Position numbers and translations under genes: made by a program
The notes under the pieces: model-generated
Seen by the model: the letters and a program-made list of their open reading frames with translations, nothing else
The model's database searches: none
What the model was told of the DNA's origin: nothing
Source of the DNA: a virus
Taxonomy: Duplodnaviria > Caudoviricetes
IMG/VR virus record: IMGVR_UViG_3300007973_000004
Span: 1-45,213 of that record
DNA length: 45,213 nt
Direction: 5' to 3' (one strand)
Shown: positions 10,301-19,572 of the stretch, piece after piece
How the letters are laid out: each line of letters begins with the position of its first letter
How positions within the stretch are numbered: the first letter of the stretch is position 1

Positions 10301-11177
10301 TTTTGCCCGTGGGGATAAGCTCACGAGAAGAGCCGTACAGCTCGGGCCAGTAATCCCCGCGATCATTCATCTCAATATTCAATGGATCCTTCGTAGGAGT
10401 GCCATCTTCGTTTCTGGCGAATACATTCACCTTGATAGGAATAGGGGCCGTGATGCCAAATTCACTTGCAGACGAAGGAGAGAAAGCTTGGCTAAATCCT
10501 GGAGCCCTGTCATTGGTGTCAATAAGAGGAGTGTAAATTGAGCTGGTGCCAGCAATATCTTTTGCGAACGGATCGCGAGAGTTGCCTCGCTTTAAATCAT
10601 TTTTAATGATGGCTCCTTGGTTGCGAAAATACACCCATGCAGAAGAGCGAGTGAAAAGACGAATGAGGGTTTGCCCCACTGCAGTGTCTGGATAGGAAAT
10701 ACTTTCAATGTCTGATGCACCAATTGCAGCCAGCATTTGAATGTACTGGGCGTTGCCATGGCTATAAACTGCTGACCACAACAGCGAAGTATTCACTCTT
10801 ACGCCGCCATTGGCATTTGCAAAGTCAGTGGAGTCTTTATTTGTATAGACAAGATTTACAGGATCGCCATACTGGGCTAAGTCTTGTAGTGAATCAAAGC
10901 CATAGCGTGGAGCGAATCGCCTGTCTCGTGGCCTTGTGCTGGCACCTTCTGGCGTTTCTGGACGAGGAGCCAGTAATGCCGATGCCACTTGGGCGATGGT
11001 TCCAACGATGGAAAGAACAAGCGCAATGGTGCTAACTGGCTCATTGCGAATATCTAGGAGTGTCCCAACTTTTGGATCTCTGTATTCACGCTGTGCTTTT
11101 CTAAAAATGAAATATTCCTCTTCCGAAATGCCTAGCGCATCAATCAATGCATGTTCGTAAGGAAGAAGATTTCGCAT
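7305..11177 (-). CDS. Central tail tip / host-specificity protein (lambda gpJ-like, with gpI-like N-terminus), 1290 aa
   Basis: Follows M/L/K-like genes. N-terminal hydrophobic segment plus QDLAQYGDPVNLVY; C-terminal LFNQGNILEGSY..E, QAIDYA...RR...VEF.T, FRVVEI...GEVSVKAVEH are typical of J-like hubs. Confidence 0.75.
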   Translation of the reverse strand: MRNLLPYEHALIDALGISEEEYFIFRKAQREYRDPKVGTLLDIRNEPVSTIALVLSIVGTIAQVASALLAPRPETPEGASTRPRDRRFAPRYGFDSLQDLAQYGDPVNLVYTNKDSTDFANANGGVRVNTSLLWSAVYSHGNAQYIQMLAAIGASDIESISYPDTAVGQTLIRLFTRSSAWVYFRNQGAIIKNDLKRGNSRDPFAKDIAGTSSIYTPLIDTNDRAPGFSQAFSPSSASEFGITAPIPIKVNVFARNEDGTPTKDPLNIEMNDRGDYWPELYGSSRELIPTGKKLKLQIQKVKTERSDNEADNLSNEIRYACAESIELGSFYKLGSAKFQVINVSGDAALDTQNLTATIECIEAGYGPWEDYGTEDTQEQEKELEDRRKKLNNEIASLQTQKSTIKITDYFVTDLTAKQARILKKLYNATETVEDLYEAVVSFRRNYSQMDELVLASQNYFDRVVVTFAEEVQNSENHIENLRNDLDAIVEEIADAKGDEDKRRRLRLRKDAKREEIKNAKASLKQRRSKLSQSIQEYGVAEGVVADQLNKARELAYGAGGIQYQFEGLIQVDRSSFPDLNNPDVKANIERKKLRKLIKALNYLQSQVAAVGQIDQAAYDKKIKDLDDAIKVKTDELKQVLSDLNNSNSFNDYLGTKCLAKVVNATYETLSPIDLVHFAIKARVFMRIQGRASKYAETRAEKYKDADNGFKPRTAMFMVYYRNASSATAEQREKEEGWECPNVIFCVRRTFDKEVFVPLTFKAPAGTERSKWEFKIEPIFDAPSEAKKKGTELDFVYLESRESAKKIDPAVAGSKTEGIFYYRGYRRNPKPNKNNLPAKNDSPYGVDEWSIYSVRSDTSMQFSFDAGPEFKITAVSEQQYETATPELYDNMSLIGLNAYSSAGLTNMRNLSVLVNKGKKVRTIQLSPPSFPDSPDGASCFAPDIFLDTIIDGVNGIGQYLDANSKTTGIQALIQDRVDIGGLALAKAFCNKYKYYMDGVIADRTSWRSFWSEVAPYSLLELARIGGKETLIPAVPVTGDGTRTRNVTISALFNQGNILEGSYKEEFLDYGESTQDLIATVVYRDQASNQPFPRNTSVTVQLADALENVASRRTFDLSAFVTNRDQAIDYAMLLVRQRRYSRRAVEFQTFPTEAPIAPGAYIYVQVDDNKWDDIRSGSVLDDGTINVPFADEVINGTYDTLIYKPGASPVKASITYTNGQSSAFAAYAGTGALFVLGSQVSSKRVFRVVEIAMGEEGEVSVKAVEHQCIEEGGQTKSMIAYFDRNPAIYKIS

Positions 11178-11205
11178 GGTGAGCTACAGGCTTTATCTAG
11201 TTTAC

Positions 11206-11592
11206 TCAGTCTTTGTCAATGGGAGTCCAGAATTTGGCCTCTATTCCCATGGGAGTCCAGAATGATGGACCTTTTTCAGTGATGGTCAAGATGCCGCCAT
11301 TAATTACTGCGCCCAGTCCTAAGTTGAAAGCACGTGCGGGCAATAGCACTAAGTCGCCATCCACTGGAGAAAGAGTGGGAACTGCAATTTGCTTTATTTG
11401 CCGCAAGATCTTTTTTAATGGCAGCTTGCCATCGCCCATCTCTCCATACACCCATTCAAAGTCTGCATAGTAATCTCGCATGCCAAGACGATGGCGCACT
11501 TCCGCAAATAAAGCAAAACAATCAATGGTCTTGCAATGTGGAGAGAATGTTGCAGCGGTTTCGTGGCGAAGGCCAATCAAATCGTTAATCAT
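11206..11592 (-). CDS. NlpC/P60-like tail assembly protein (lambda gpK-like)
   Basis: DLIGL...IDCFALFAEVRHRLG and GDLVLL motifs; synteny. Confidence 0.65.
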   Translation of the reverse strand: MINDLIGLRHETAATFSPHCKTIDCFALFAEVRHRLGMRDYYADFEWVYGEMGDGKLPLKKILRQIKQIAVPTLSPVDGDLVLLPARAFNLGLGAVINGGILTITEKGPSFWTPMGIEAKFWTPIDKD

Positions 11593-12089
11593 CAGCGCAG
11601 ACTAATGTCAGAATTCAACGGAAGAATGCCAACGCTCTTGCGAGTGAATGACTGTGCAGGAAAATTAGCATTGACACTATCCATAGCACTCTTGAATCGA
11701 AGTTCAATGGTGGTGTCAGAGAAGGTGGCGCCAATCCCAACGTAGTTTTCAGTGTACTGTCCGCTGACCAAATAGTCCGAAGCGTTGCTGCTTGCGGAAT
11801 TATTCTCCAGCCATACAGTTTTCATTTCCAGCTTTGTCAGGCGATTACCGTCGCCTTCCTCTACAAGCTTCACAGCAAATACAGAGAAAGGAAACAAAAG
11901 CTGTAGAGTTTCGTTCTCTCCATTAAGCTGCGCCATCACTCCTTCTGCTCTGAAGGGAGCAAACAAATAGGACGGCGATGCGGTGCCTGGGATGGGCACG
12001 CCGCCACTCTCAGAATGGAAGAAGTTCTGAAAACGCCTTACGGCTCCACTCTTGGGCGTAATTGAAATGAACTGAGCAATGTTGATCAT
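11592..12089 (-). CDS. Minor tail protein (lambda gpL-like position)
   Basis: RRFQNFF, YLFAPF, IELRFKSAMDSVNANFP motifs. Start moved to ATG 12089, just after the upstream stop. Confidence 0.6.
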   Translation of the reverse strand: MINIAQFISITPKSGAVRRFQNFFHSESGGVPIPGTASPSYLFAPFRAEGVMAQLNGENETLQLLFPFSVFAVKLVEEGDGNRLTKLEMKTVWLENNSASSNASDYLVSGQYTENYVGIGATFSDTTIELRFKSAMDSVNANFPAQSFTRKSVGILPLNSDISLR

Positions 12090-12090
12090 G

Positions 12091-12507
12091 CTACGAAGGA
12101 GAGTAACGTAATTCCCCAATTAGGCTCACTTGCACTGTACTATAAGACGTGGAAACGCTTTCAATCTGTGGAGGTTCTGCATAGTACCAAACAATAGTGC
12201 TCATGCGATTTGCGCGAGCAATAAAGCTAGCATTTTTATCGCTTGCCTCCTTCGATCCATAGCCACTAAATACGCTATCGGGAATGGAGAACCCACTTAC
12301 TGTTTGATTATTGTGATAGTGGTCCCATAATTGAGAAAGAACTGTCTCGGAGATATTGTCAAAGGACAGAGAAAGCTGATAGCCAAACCTTCTGTTGCCA
12401 AACGCTCGGCGAACAATCGCCCCGTTCAAAGAACGATATTCCTTGATGGGCAATTGACCCATCGTTAAAGAACGCTGCGAAGGGCGCAGTGAAGGAAAAT
12501 TTGCCAT
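12091..12507 (-). CDS. Distal tail protein (lambda gpM/Dit-like)
   Basis: Immediately after tape measure; FPSLRPS.R, LSLSFDNI, WYYAEPPQI motifs. Confidence 0.65.
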   Translation of the reverse strand: MANFPSLRPSQRSLTMGQLPIKEYRSLNGAIVRRAFGNRRFGYQLSLSFDNISETVLSQLWDHYHNNQTVSGFSIPDSVFSGYGSKEASDKNASFIARANRMSTIVWYYAEPPQIESVSTSYSTVQVSLIGELRYSPS

Positions 12508-15500
12508 TAACCAAGCCCCAGTTGACGACGAGTGTTAGGAGAATTCTTAAGCTTGCTTAATGCTAACTGACTTCCTCGTGAAGCTCCATCACGAGATGCA
12601 AGACGACGAGTTTCTGCCATTGCAGATTCAAGCTGAGCGCGATCCACGTATTCCACGCCATTGATAGTGGTGCTTTGGAAGCTCATGGACAACACGGGAG
12701 AGGATGCTTGCTGTTTGGCGCCACCACCGAGAAGGTCGCGAGAAGATCCGCCACCAAGCTGCACGGGAATACTCTTACCATCAGGAAGAGGAACCACTGC
12801 TTCGCTGTATCGACCCTCTCCCACCAAACCCATTGTTGGACCAGTGACAATCCCGCCATTGGCGAATGCCCTGAATGGCATGAATCCGCCATGCATAATG
12901 CCACCCCTAGCGAGGCCAAAATTAGGACCAGCCACTCCTTTTCCAGTTTGTGGGTTGAAATAGTTCTTTCCTCCCATATTGGGAGCAGGGGCTCCACCAC
13001 TGAATAGCCCGCCGAGACTGGAGAAGCTGCCCAGCAAGCTACCAGCCATGGAAGCAATCGTACCAATACCGCCCAGTACATTGGATGTGCCACCCTCTTT
13101 AATTTGATTGATGCCCGCTGCAATGCCCATGATGCTTCCTGCGGCCATGCCGAGGCCGCCAACTGCCTGCCCAAGACTCTCGTGCCATTTCTTGCCAGCA
13201 GCCCCTTCTTTCCCCAGTTCCGTGCCGGCTGTGCCAAGAGCAGTTGCGCTTTCAAGCACTGAAGTGTCTACCTTGCTGAGCTGCTCGGAATAGACATTGG
13301 CGCTGTCTGTAAATGACGTAGACAGTGCCTCGCTATCAATTCCAATGGCCGATAAGAATCCACTTTCTCCATTGAAAGGCAGTGTTTGAAGCATGCCTCC
13401 TGTTTGACCATTAAAAGGAAGGGTTTGAAGCGCAGCGGGGCCAGTTAAGAATCCACCAGTGGCGCCAGCCGCTGTTGTTTGACCGGGAGTAGGTGGAACA
13501 GGGGGCGCGGGAACGGTTCCAGATGCTGGCGCTTTTCCGGCAGTAATTGCAGTGTTGGTTTCAATGAGTTTTAGCTGAGTAAGTTGTTCCTCCATTTTTT
13601 TAATGCTCTCTTCTCTCTTTTCTTTCTCAGTCGGCACGCCAAACATCTTACTAAGAGTATTCTTCATGAAATCTTCCATGGGCTTCATTGCAAAATCAAA
13701 GATCATGGTCAAGGCTTGATCGGCCAATGCTTGCTGGGCCTTCTTCAATGCGTCCACTGAATCAGCTCCCATGGCAAGCTCTTTGAACAAGCCCTTATAG
13801 GTGTCGCTAATTCCTCCCACTGCATCGTTGATGCGGCCAGAGGTTTCCTCCATCGCCTTGAGAGCATCGGCGTTCTTCATCGTGGCAATTGCACTCTCCA
13901 GTTGTGCAATTTGATATAGTTTTTGTTGCTCAGTTAGATTTTTAAGCTCTTCTTTGCTTTGCTTGATTGCCTCTGCGTTAAAAGTTAGAGCCTGCTCTTC
14001 CTGCAGAGTAAGCTTTATTCCCTTTTGCTGTTTATCTTGCAATGCCTTAACTGCTTTCTCGTACCCATCGGTGTCTTCCTTGTTTCTCTTAATTCTTTCT
14101 GACATCTTATAAGAAACTTCTGCCACTTTTTCTTGATAGTCAATATATTCTTTAGGCATGCCCTGCAATTGCAATTGGTTCCTAACTTTCATTAAGTCGT
14201 TCTCTAATTGCTGTTCAGCAACTGGGAAGATGGTGCTCATATTGGATTTAATAAGAGCTTCTCTCTGTGCTAATGCCTCATTAGTTGCCATCACAGCAGC
14301 GCGTGATGCTTCTTCTAGCTGATTCGACATCTGCTGTTGCTCAACTTGAAGATTGCCTCCCGCCTTCTCTGTCCTACGCTGTCGCGTGTAAGAGCCACCC
14401 GCTCCCCCAAAGCCAAGAAGTGATTGAACCCTAGCTGTGAGTTCTTTTTCCTTGCCAACTGGCACTTGTGCTCCAGGTACATCAAAGGCACGCCCAGCAT
14501 AATGAGCAGACCCTTGTGTGTGATCACCTACTCGCCCATATCCTTTAAATTCCGTAACTTGCACTCCCGCTTTTGTGAGTGTTTGGTAAGCAGCTTCTGC
14601 TAAAGCACGAGTGGCAAATTCCAAATGTTCATGGTAATTAGATCCACCATGATCGGCCATATAGTACTTGCTAGAGGGGTCTCCTGTGATGTATTGCTTA
14701 ATACCAGAAGGAAGCCCTCCCGATGTAGCGACCCCTCCTGCAGTAGTAGCTTCTCCTGCGGCTGCTGCAGTATTCTGAGCAGCGGAATAGTCCAGTGCAG
14801 CTTTGGCCGCTTGTTCTTCTGCTTTCCTAACTGTGGCAATGCGATCAAGCTCAAGTTTCTTTAGGTCCTGCTGGAACTTCTCTTGTTGAGCCTCAATGGA
14901 ATTAAGGCCAGCTAGTTCATAGTTATTGCGAGCATCGATAAGTCTTAACTGATGCTCAAAACTTTGACTATCAAGAGCCATTCGGCCTTCCGCGATTGCT
15001 TTATTTAAAGCATTTTCGCGATTGGCGGCGTCGATGGCACGTTGCTGCTGTTGATTTGCCTGAGTCTCGGCTTCTTTAGCAGCCTTCTTGGCATCTTTGT
15101 CATCGCCTCCCCCAGGAGGGATGGGCACGAGATTTGCAGGACCTTGGGCCTGTCTTTCTTGGAATCGAAGATCTTGAATCTGCTGCCCAGCCGTAGACTT
15201 TATTCCCCTTCGCTGCAAAATTGCGGCCTTGACTAAAGAAGGATCAACGGCAAGTTGTCCATAGCCAAGCACTTCAGGCGCGGATCCCCTTGTTGCCAGT
15301 TGACCTGGCACGACCATTCGTCCAGTGTAAGTGCCTGATCTTTGAAGGGCCTCTTGTTGTCTTTGTGTGATAGCGACAGCGCCAGTCTTACCTTTAGAGT
15401 CTTCTTTCAGTTTCTGCAATTCTTTTATATCTGCTTCTGCGATTTGCTGCTCACGACGTGCTTCAGTTTGCGACATTGAGCGAATGGCTTGAGCCGCTCC

Positions 15501-18338
15501 TAGAGCCTTCGTCTTTGTATCTTCAAGCGCTTGATTCATGCTCGTGAATCTTTCAATGAGCAGACCAATACCAACAACCAGTAGCCCTACTCCAGTGGTG
15601 GCAAAGAATGTTCTCATCATTAATCCTGTCACTTGAACAGCTTGTCCAGCCCGAACACATTGAGCAGTAAAAGTAATAAGTGCAAAAACAGACCGCCCGA
15701 AGCTGGCAATCATTGGAATAAGCGCCCGTAGATTTAGTAATTGAATGGCAGTCGTCAATGCAAGAACATTGATATACACTCGCGCTAAATAACCAACAAA
15801 TGGATTGCCAGCAATTTGCAGGAATACTTTGCCAACTTGCAGCGCAACATTTGCAAATTGTGCCAATTGGGTGACTAGCGCTGCAACATTTTGCCCAATT
15901 CCACTAAAGGCAGGACGCAGTTTTTCCAACTCTTGAGCAAGAGCAAATCCTCCTGAAGTCTTGGCTGCAGTGCCAGACATGAAGGCACTGATTCCGTCAG
16001 TTACTTGCTTAATTCCACTTGTCAATGGTACGACAACAGTATTTAAGAAACCCACTGCAACAGGCTCAAAGCTCTCATAGAGGAGCGTAACTGAATTCTG
16101 CATGCGGCTCATGATGCCCTGGAATGTAAGAGCTGCACCTTCGGCACCTGGACCAAATTCTTTATTCATCACAATAGTTACGTTCTTAAGTAACGCAACC
16201 ATCGCTTCTCCTTTGTAGGCACCAGCTTCTAGTGCTACAGAGAAATCTTGAATGGCCTTAGGTCCTTCAAATCCAGCAGCTTTGGCAAACAAAGCCATCG
16301 ATCCAGGGAGCACGTCACCAAGCTGTCCCTTGAGTTCTTCGCTCATCACTTGGCCCTTGCTCGCCATTTGAGCAAAAGCATAATTAACACGATCTACTTT
16401 GTCTGCACTCATGCCAAATGTGGCTGCTGCTTTGCTGATGCCAGTAAACAAACTCCTGATTTCATCCCCGCTAAATCCAGCGGGCGCCATAGAGGCGTAA
16501 AGCTTTGTGAAACCATCTCGCGCCGACTGCAAAGGAATGTTGTATTTATCCATCAATCCAAGCAGCAATTCATTAGAAGCCCTTGCCTCTTCTGCAGATG
16601 GCGTCACCGCATCAAGAGTGTTTCTATAACTTTGCAATGCGCCGACAGCAGCTCCTACTTCTCCAGGAAAGCTCTGTAAAAATCCGAGCAGTTTATATGC
16701 TTGTCCAAATAGCAACACTTGTTTGGTAGCGAAACCAAACTCTTGCCCAAGTTCATTGATAACGCCAGCACCAGGAAGATTAATCCCGCCCATGGCGCGA
16801 GCAAAATTGCCCAAGCCTCCCATGCCGCCAGAACTTCCTCCACCGCCACTACTAGGCGGAATGCCAGCACCACCAGCACTTGAAGGAGATGGCACAATCG
16901 CCCCACCTGTAGCGTATGGCACAATGGCGCTTGTTGGGCGAGCGCTGCGATATGCATAGCTGTAAGGAGCGGAGGATCGGCCCGCCCCCCCTCCCATTAC
17001 ATCCACTCCTCGCAATGCAGAACGTGCATAAGCTTCTGCGGTGCGACGTGCCATCATTTGCTCCCTTGATTCGCCTCCCATTGCATACCGACTTGGTTCG
17101 CGACCCACTGCGGCTGGAAGCATCCCAGCGATACTGCCAGGACCCAGCAATGGCTGACGAGAAACAGCGGCTCCAATGTCGCGCACATTTACTTTCCTAA
17201 CTTCAGCACGAATGGTATCCAAGAAAGCATTTGCCGCCTCGCGCAGCACACGCTTCATCTCATCTCCCAATGCAGTTGGCAGGTAGCGCTGAGAACCGAA
17301 AGCAGTGCCAGGCAATGCTTCACGAGTGGCGCCAGGAGGCAATGCTCGTCCAGTGGAGGAAGGTCCAATGGAAACAGATCGAGAAGGAACAGTTGCTGGA
17401 AAATTGATACCAGGCAGTGCTCTACGTTCAGCCATTTGCTGCCGCATGGACGCAACATCCATACCAAGCATGCCAAATAATCCACGAGCAAACGTGTCTA
17501 ACACTTTGTTTAGCCCGCTTCTGTCTGGATTACGCATTACAGCTTGAGGATCAAGATATTTCGTGATCATCTCAACGGAAGCTTCCGTGACGATTTTTTG
17601 AATCAGATTTTGCGTGTTCTTAAACCTACCAACACCTCCCACTCCCAATTGAGAGCCAATGTCTTTTAGCTCTCCAATATTTCTTCCAGAAAGAGACTGT
17701 TTGAGACTCTCCCTCCGTGCAGCTTCGGAGACTCCTCCCATGCGCTCCCTACCCATTTGCTGGACACGCTGCCATCCAGCCATTGCATCGCGCTCAATTT
17801 GAGCTTGTGTTTTCCCCCCTCCGATGCCGCCAAGTTCAGCATTAACCTTGACACTAATTCCCGCAAACTTGTCTTTGATAGCCCGCTTAAAGTCAGCAAC
17901 ATCCGCATTCGTAATCGAAGGCTTAATGCTGGTGGCAATGCGTAGCTTGCCGCCGCCTTGTTTAATTTGCTGGCTAGCGGCAATCCTTCCTTTAATTGTC
18001 GTGAGGGTGTCGTTGATATCCTTACCAGTGGCACCATTCTTGACACTGATGGGGATTTCTACCTTGCGAAGCTCTCGCAGGTCATCTAGCCTACGTTTAA
18101 TCTTGCCGAACTCGTCTTTAGTCAAGCCTCCAGCAAGATTTAATGCAACGTTGATTGTTTTCTTACCAATTGCCCGATCAAGATTTCTTAATTCGCGCTG
18201 TACTCCTTTGCGATCAAATTTAACCTGCAATGGCAGATTGTATCCCGCAGCAGCTTGACCCAGCCCCGCCAGTTGTTGCCTAAAAAATCCCAGGTCAAGA
18301 CTTACCCTAAGCTTCAGTTCGGCGTCTTGAGCTGCCAT
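12507..18338 (-). CDS. Tape measure protein (1943 aa)
   Basis: Tape-measure domain AFAQMASKGQVMSEELKGQLGDVLPG, helical Ala/Gln-rich body, C-terminal FANGGIVTGPTMGLVGEG..SEAVVPLPDG. Confidence 0.95.
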   Translation of the reverse strand: MAAQDAELKLRVSLDLGFFRQQLAGLGQAAAGYNLPLQVKFDRKGVQRELRNLDRAIGKKTINVALNLAGGLTKDEFGKIKRRLDDLRELRKVEIPISVKNGATGKDINDTLTTIKGRIAASQQIKQGGGKLRIATSIKPSITNADVADFKRAIKDKFAGISVKVNAELGGIGGGKTQAQIERDAMAGWQRVQQMGRERMGGVSEAARRESLKQSLSGRNIGELKDIGSQLGVGGVGRFKNTQNLIQKIVTEASVEMITKYLDPQAVMRNPDRSGLNKVLDTFARGLFGMLGMDVASMRQQMAERRALPGINFPATVPSRSVSIGPSSTGRALPPGATREALPGTAFGSQRYLPTALGDEMKRVLREAANAFLDTIRAEVRKVNVRDIGAAVSRQPLLGPGSIAGMLPAAVGREPSRYAMGGESREQMMARRTAEAYARSALRGVDVMGGGAGRSSAPYSYAYRSARPTSAIVPYATGGAIVPSPSSAGGAGIPPSSGGGGSSGGMGGLGNFARAMGGINLPGAGVINELGQEFGFATKQVLLFGQAYKLLGFLQSFPGEVGAAVGALQSYRNTLDAVTPSAEEARASNELLLGLMDKYNIPLQSARDGFTKLYASMAPAGFSGDEIRSLFTGISKAAATFGMSADKVDRVNYAFAQMASKGQVMSEELKGQLGDVLPGSMALFAKAAGFEGPKAIQDFSVALEAGAYKGEAMVALLKNVTIVMNKEFGPGAEGAALTFQGIMSRMQNSVTLLYESFEPVAVGFLNTVVVPLTSGIKQVTDGISAFMSGTAAKTSGGFALAQELEKLRPAFSGIGQNVAALVTQLAQFANVALQVGKVFLQIAGNPFVGYLARVYINVLALTTAIQLLNLRALIPMIASFGRSVFALITFTAQCVRAGQAVQVTGLMMRTFFATTGVGLLVVGIGLLIERFTSMNQALEDTKTKALGAAQAIRSMSQTEARREQQIAEADIKELQKLKEDSKGKTGAVAITQRQQEALQRSGTYTGRMVVPGQLATRGSAPEVLGYGQLAVDPSLVKAAILQRRGIKSTAGQQIQDLRFQERQAQGPANLVPIPPGGGDDKDAKKAAKEAETQANQQQQRAIDAANRENALNKAIAEGRMALDSQSFEHQLRLIDARNNYELAGLNSIEAQQEKFQQDLKKLELDRIATVRKAEEQAAKAALDYSAAQNTAAAAGEATTAGGVATSGGLPSGIKQYITGDPSSKYYMADHGGSNYHEHLEFATRALAEAAYQTLTKAGVQVTEFKGYGRVGDHTQGSAHYAGRAFDVPGAQVPVGKEKELTARVQSLLGFGGAGGSYTRQRRTEKAGGNLQVEQQQMSNQLEEASRAAVMATNEALAQREALIKSNMSTIFPVAEQQLENDLMKVRNQLQLQGMPKEYIDYQEKVAEVSYKMSERIKRNKEDTDGYEKAVKALQDKQQKGIKLTLQEEQALTFNAEAIKQSKEELKNLTEQQKLYQIAQLESAIATMKNADALKAMEETSGRINDAVGGISDTYKGLFKELAMGADSVDALKKAQQALADQALTMIFDFAMKPMEDFMKNTLSKMFGVPTEKEKREESIKKMEEQLTQLKLIETNTAITAGKAPASGTVPAPPVPPTPGQTTAAGATGGFLTGPAALQTLPFNGQTGGMLQTLPFNGESGFLSAIGIDSEALSTSFTDSANVYSEQLSKVDTSVLESATALGTAGTELGKEGAAGKKWHESLGQAVGGLGMAAGSIMGIAAGINQIKEGGTSNVLGGIGTIASMAGSLLGSFSSLGGLFSGGAPAPNMGGKNYFNPQTGKGVAGPNFGLARGGIMHGGFMPFRAFANGGIVTGPTMGLVGEGRYSEAVVPLPDGKSIPVQLGGGSSRDLLGGGAKQQASSPVLSMSFQSTTINGVEYVDRAQLESAMAETRRLASRDGASRGSQLALSKLKNSPNTRRQLGLG

Positions 18339-18372
18339 CTTAATTTTCGCTTACTTTCCTTTCATTCTATAA

Positions 18373-18840
18373 TCATTGCTCTTGATTACGTCCGCTAAAA
18401 CTCTTGAGTTCGTCAGCAAGCAATGCAATGACACGCCCGTCCATTCGCCTGGTCTTCATTAAACGTTGAAGAACAATCAAGCTTGCGTCACTAACGCCAT
18501 CGTCTTTCTTGAGCTGCTTCGTATCAAATGGCAGGAAGTCCTCAGGCTTAACCTTGCTCTTCTTGCCAGCCATCATTCCTGCTGCCATAGTACCAAGCTT
18601 GGCCACGGCAACGCTGCTGACATTGTATTTTGCAATGTCATGACGATCAAGATATTTAAGAGCACGCTTCACGTCAGATAATGGCTGCAGACCAAATTGA
18701 TCTGCATGCCATCGCCTATCGCTAAAGTCTGAAGCAGAGAGGCGAAAGTAAATTTCGTTCCAATCTGTCAAATTTTTAAGCTGCTGCCTCGCTCGCGCTT
18801 CAAGCTGTTCTGCTACTGAGGAGAATTCCTCTTCGTTGCT
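18373..18840 (-). CDS. Tail assembly chaperone, -1 frameshifted extension (gpT-like)
   Basis: No ATG start. The frame is open from the A7 run at 18840-18846 (reads SNEEEFSSVAEQLEARARQQLKNLTDWNEIYF...), -1 relative to the upstream ORF; lies just before tape measure. Confidence 0.85.
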   Translation of the reverse strand, partial: SNEEEFSSVAEQLEARARQQLKNLTDWNEIYFRLSASDFSDRRWHADQFGLQPLSDVKRALKYLDRHDIAKYNVSSVAVAKLGTMAAGMMAGKKSKVKPEDFLPFDTKQLKKDDGVSDASLIVLQRLMKTRRMDGRVIALLADELKSFSGRNQEQ

Positions 18841-19346
18841 TTTTTTGCTTCCACTGCCTCCTGCGTCTCAGCATTCTGCTCTTCAGCAATGAATTCCACC
18901 ACTTTTGCAATGGCTTTACGAGGAAGATTCTTAGTGTCTTCGATCTCCCAGTCAGGGAGATCTTGCCACTCACCTTCGATCAGGCCTTGACCGCGAGAGC
19001 GGATGAAGGCAGTGACCATGCGAGCGTTGGTGGCTTCAACGGACGAGCCGCTACTGATCATGCTCAGAGTCTCTTCTGTGAACTCAGAAAGCAGTTCTGC
19101 TTCGGAGATAGAGCCACCGCCCTGGAGCAGAGCGAAAGCCTCGTCCAGGGGAATCTCACGAGATGCAGCAATGCGCTTAGCAAGCTGGACGGCACGAATG
19201 GTAGCTTGGCTTTGCAGCTTGCTGATCTCCTCCTGTTCAATGGATTCGGCGACTAGCCAACTGCCGTATTTCTTCAGACGGATTTCGGGCAGCAGTTCAA
19301 AGTAGCCCTCAGTTTTGGTCTGAACAAGGAAGCTGTATTTGCTCAT
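18813..19346 (-). CDS. Tail assembly chaperone (gpG-like)
   Basis: Acidic helical protein ending ..EAKKATKRNSPQ with slippery GCA AAA AAA GCA. Confidence 0.8.
   Translation of the reverse strand: MSKYSFLVQTKTEGYFELLPEIRLKKYGSWLVAESIEQEEISKLQSQATIRAVQLAKRIAASREIPLDEAFALLQGGGSISEAELLSEFTEETLSMISSGSSVEATNARMVTAFIRSRGQGLIEGEWQDLPDWEIEDTKNLPRKAIAKVVEFIAEEQNAETQEAVEAKKATKRNSPQ
18840..18846 (-). other. Programmed -1 frameshift site A_AAA_AAA of tail chaperone
   Basis: A -1 slip puts AGC at 18840 in frame with ORF 18373-18771 (69 nt offset); small GAGGA-ATTC-TCCTC hairpin downstream. Confidence 0.85.
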
Positions 19347-19572
19347 GATCAAGAATGTTAAGCAATGCGTTGAACACCTTCACTCGCTCATGAGAAGAGC
19401 GAAATTCTTTAGGCACTTCAATCAGCATTGAATGATTGTCGTTGCTTATTCTAATGGTGCTTTCTCTGCAAGAAACAAGGCACAGAATGCCCGCTTCCAA
19501 AGCGGAATTCTCCATTGTGCAATTGATGGCATGCACTGTATTGTCTTCGCTCCACAGATAGTCAATCTTCAC
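19309..19572 (-). CDS. Hypothetical protein (87 aa)
   Basis: Overlap-coupled ORF within tail operon. Confidence 0.6.
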   Translation of the reverse strand: MKIDYLWSEDNTVHAINCTMENSALEAGILCLVSCRESTIRISNDNHSMLIEVPKEFRSSHERVKVFNALLNILDHEQIQLPCSDQN

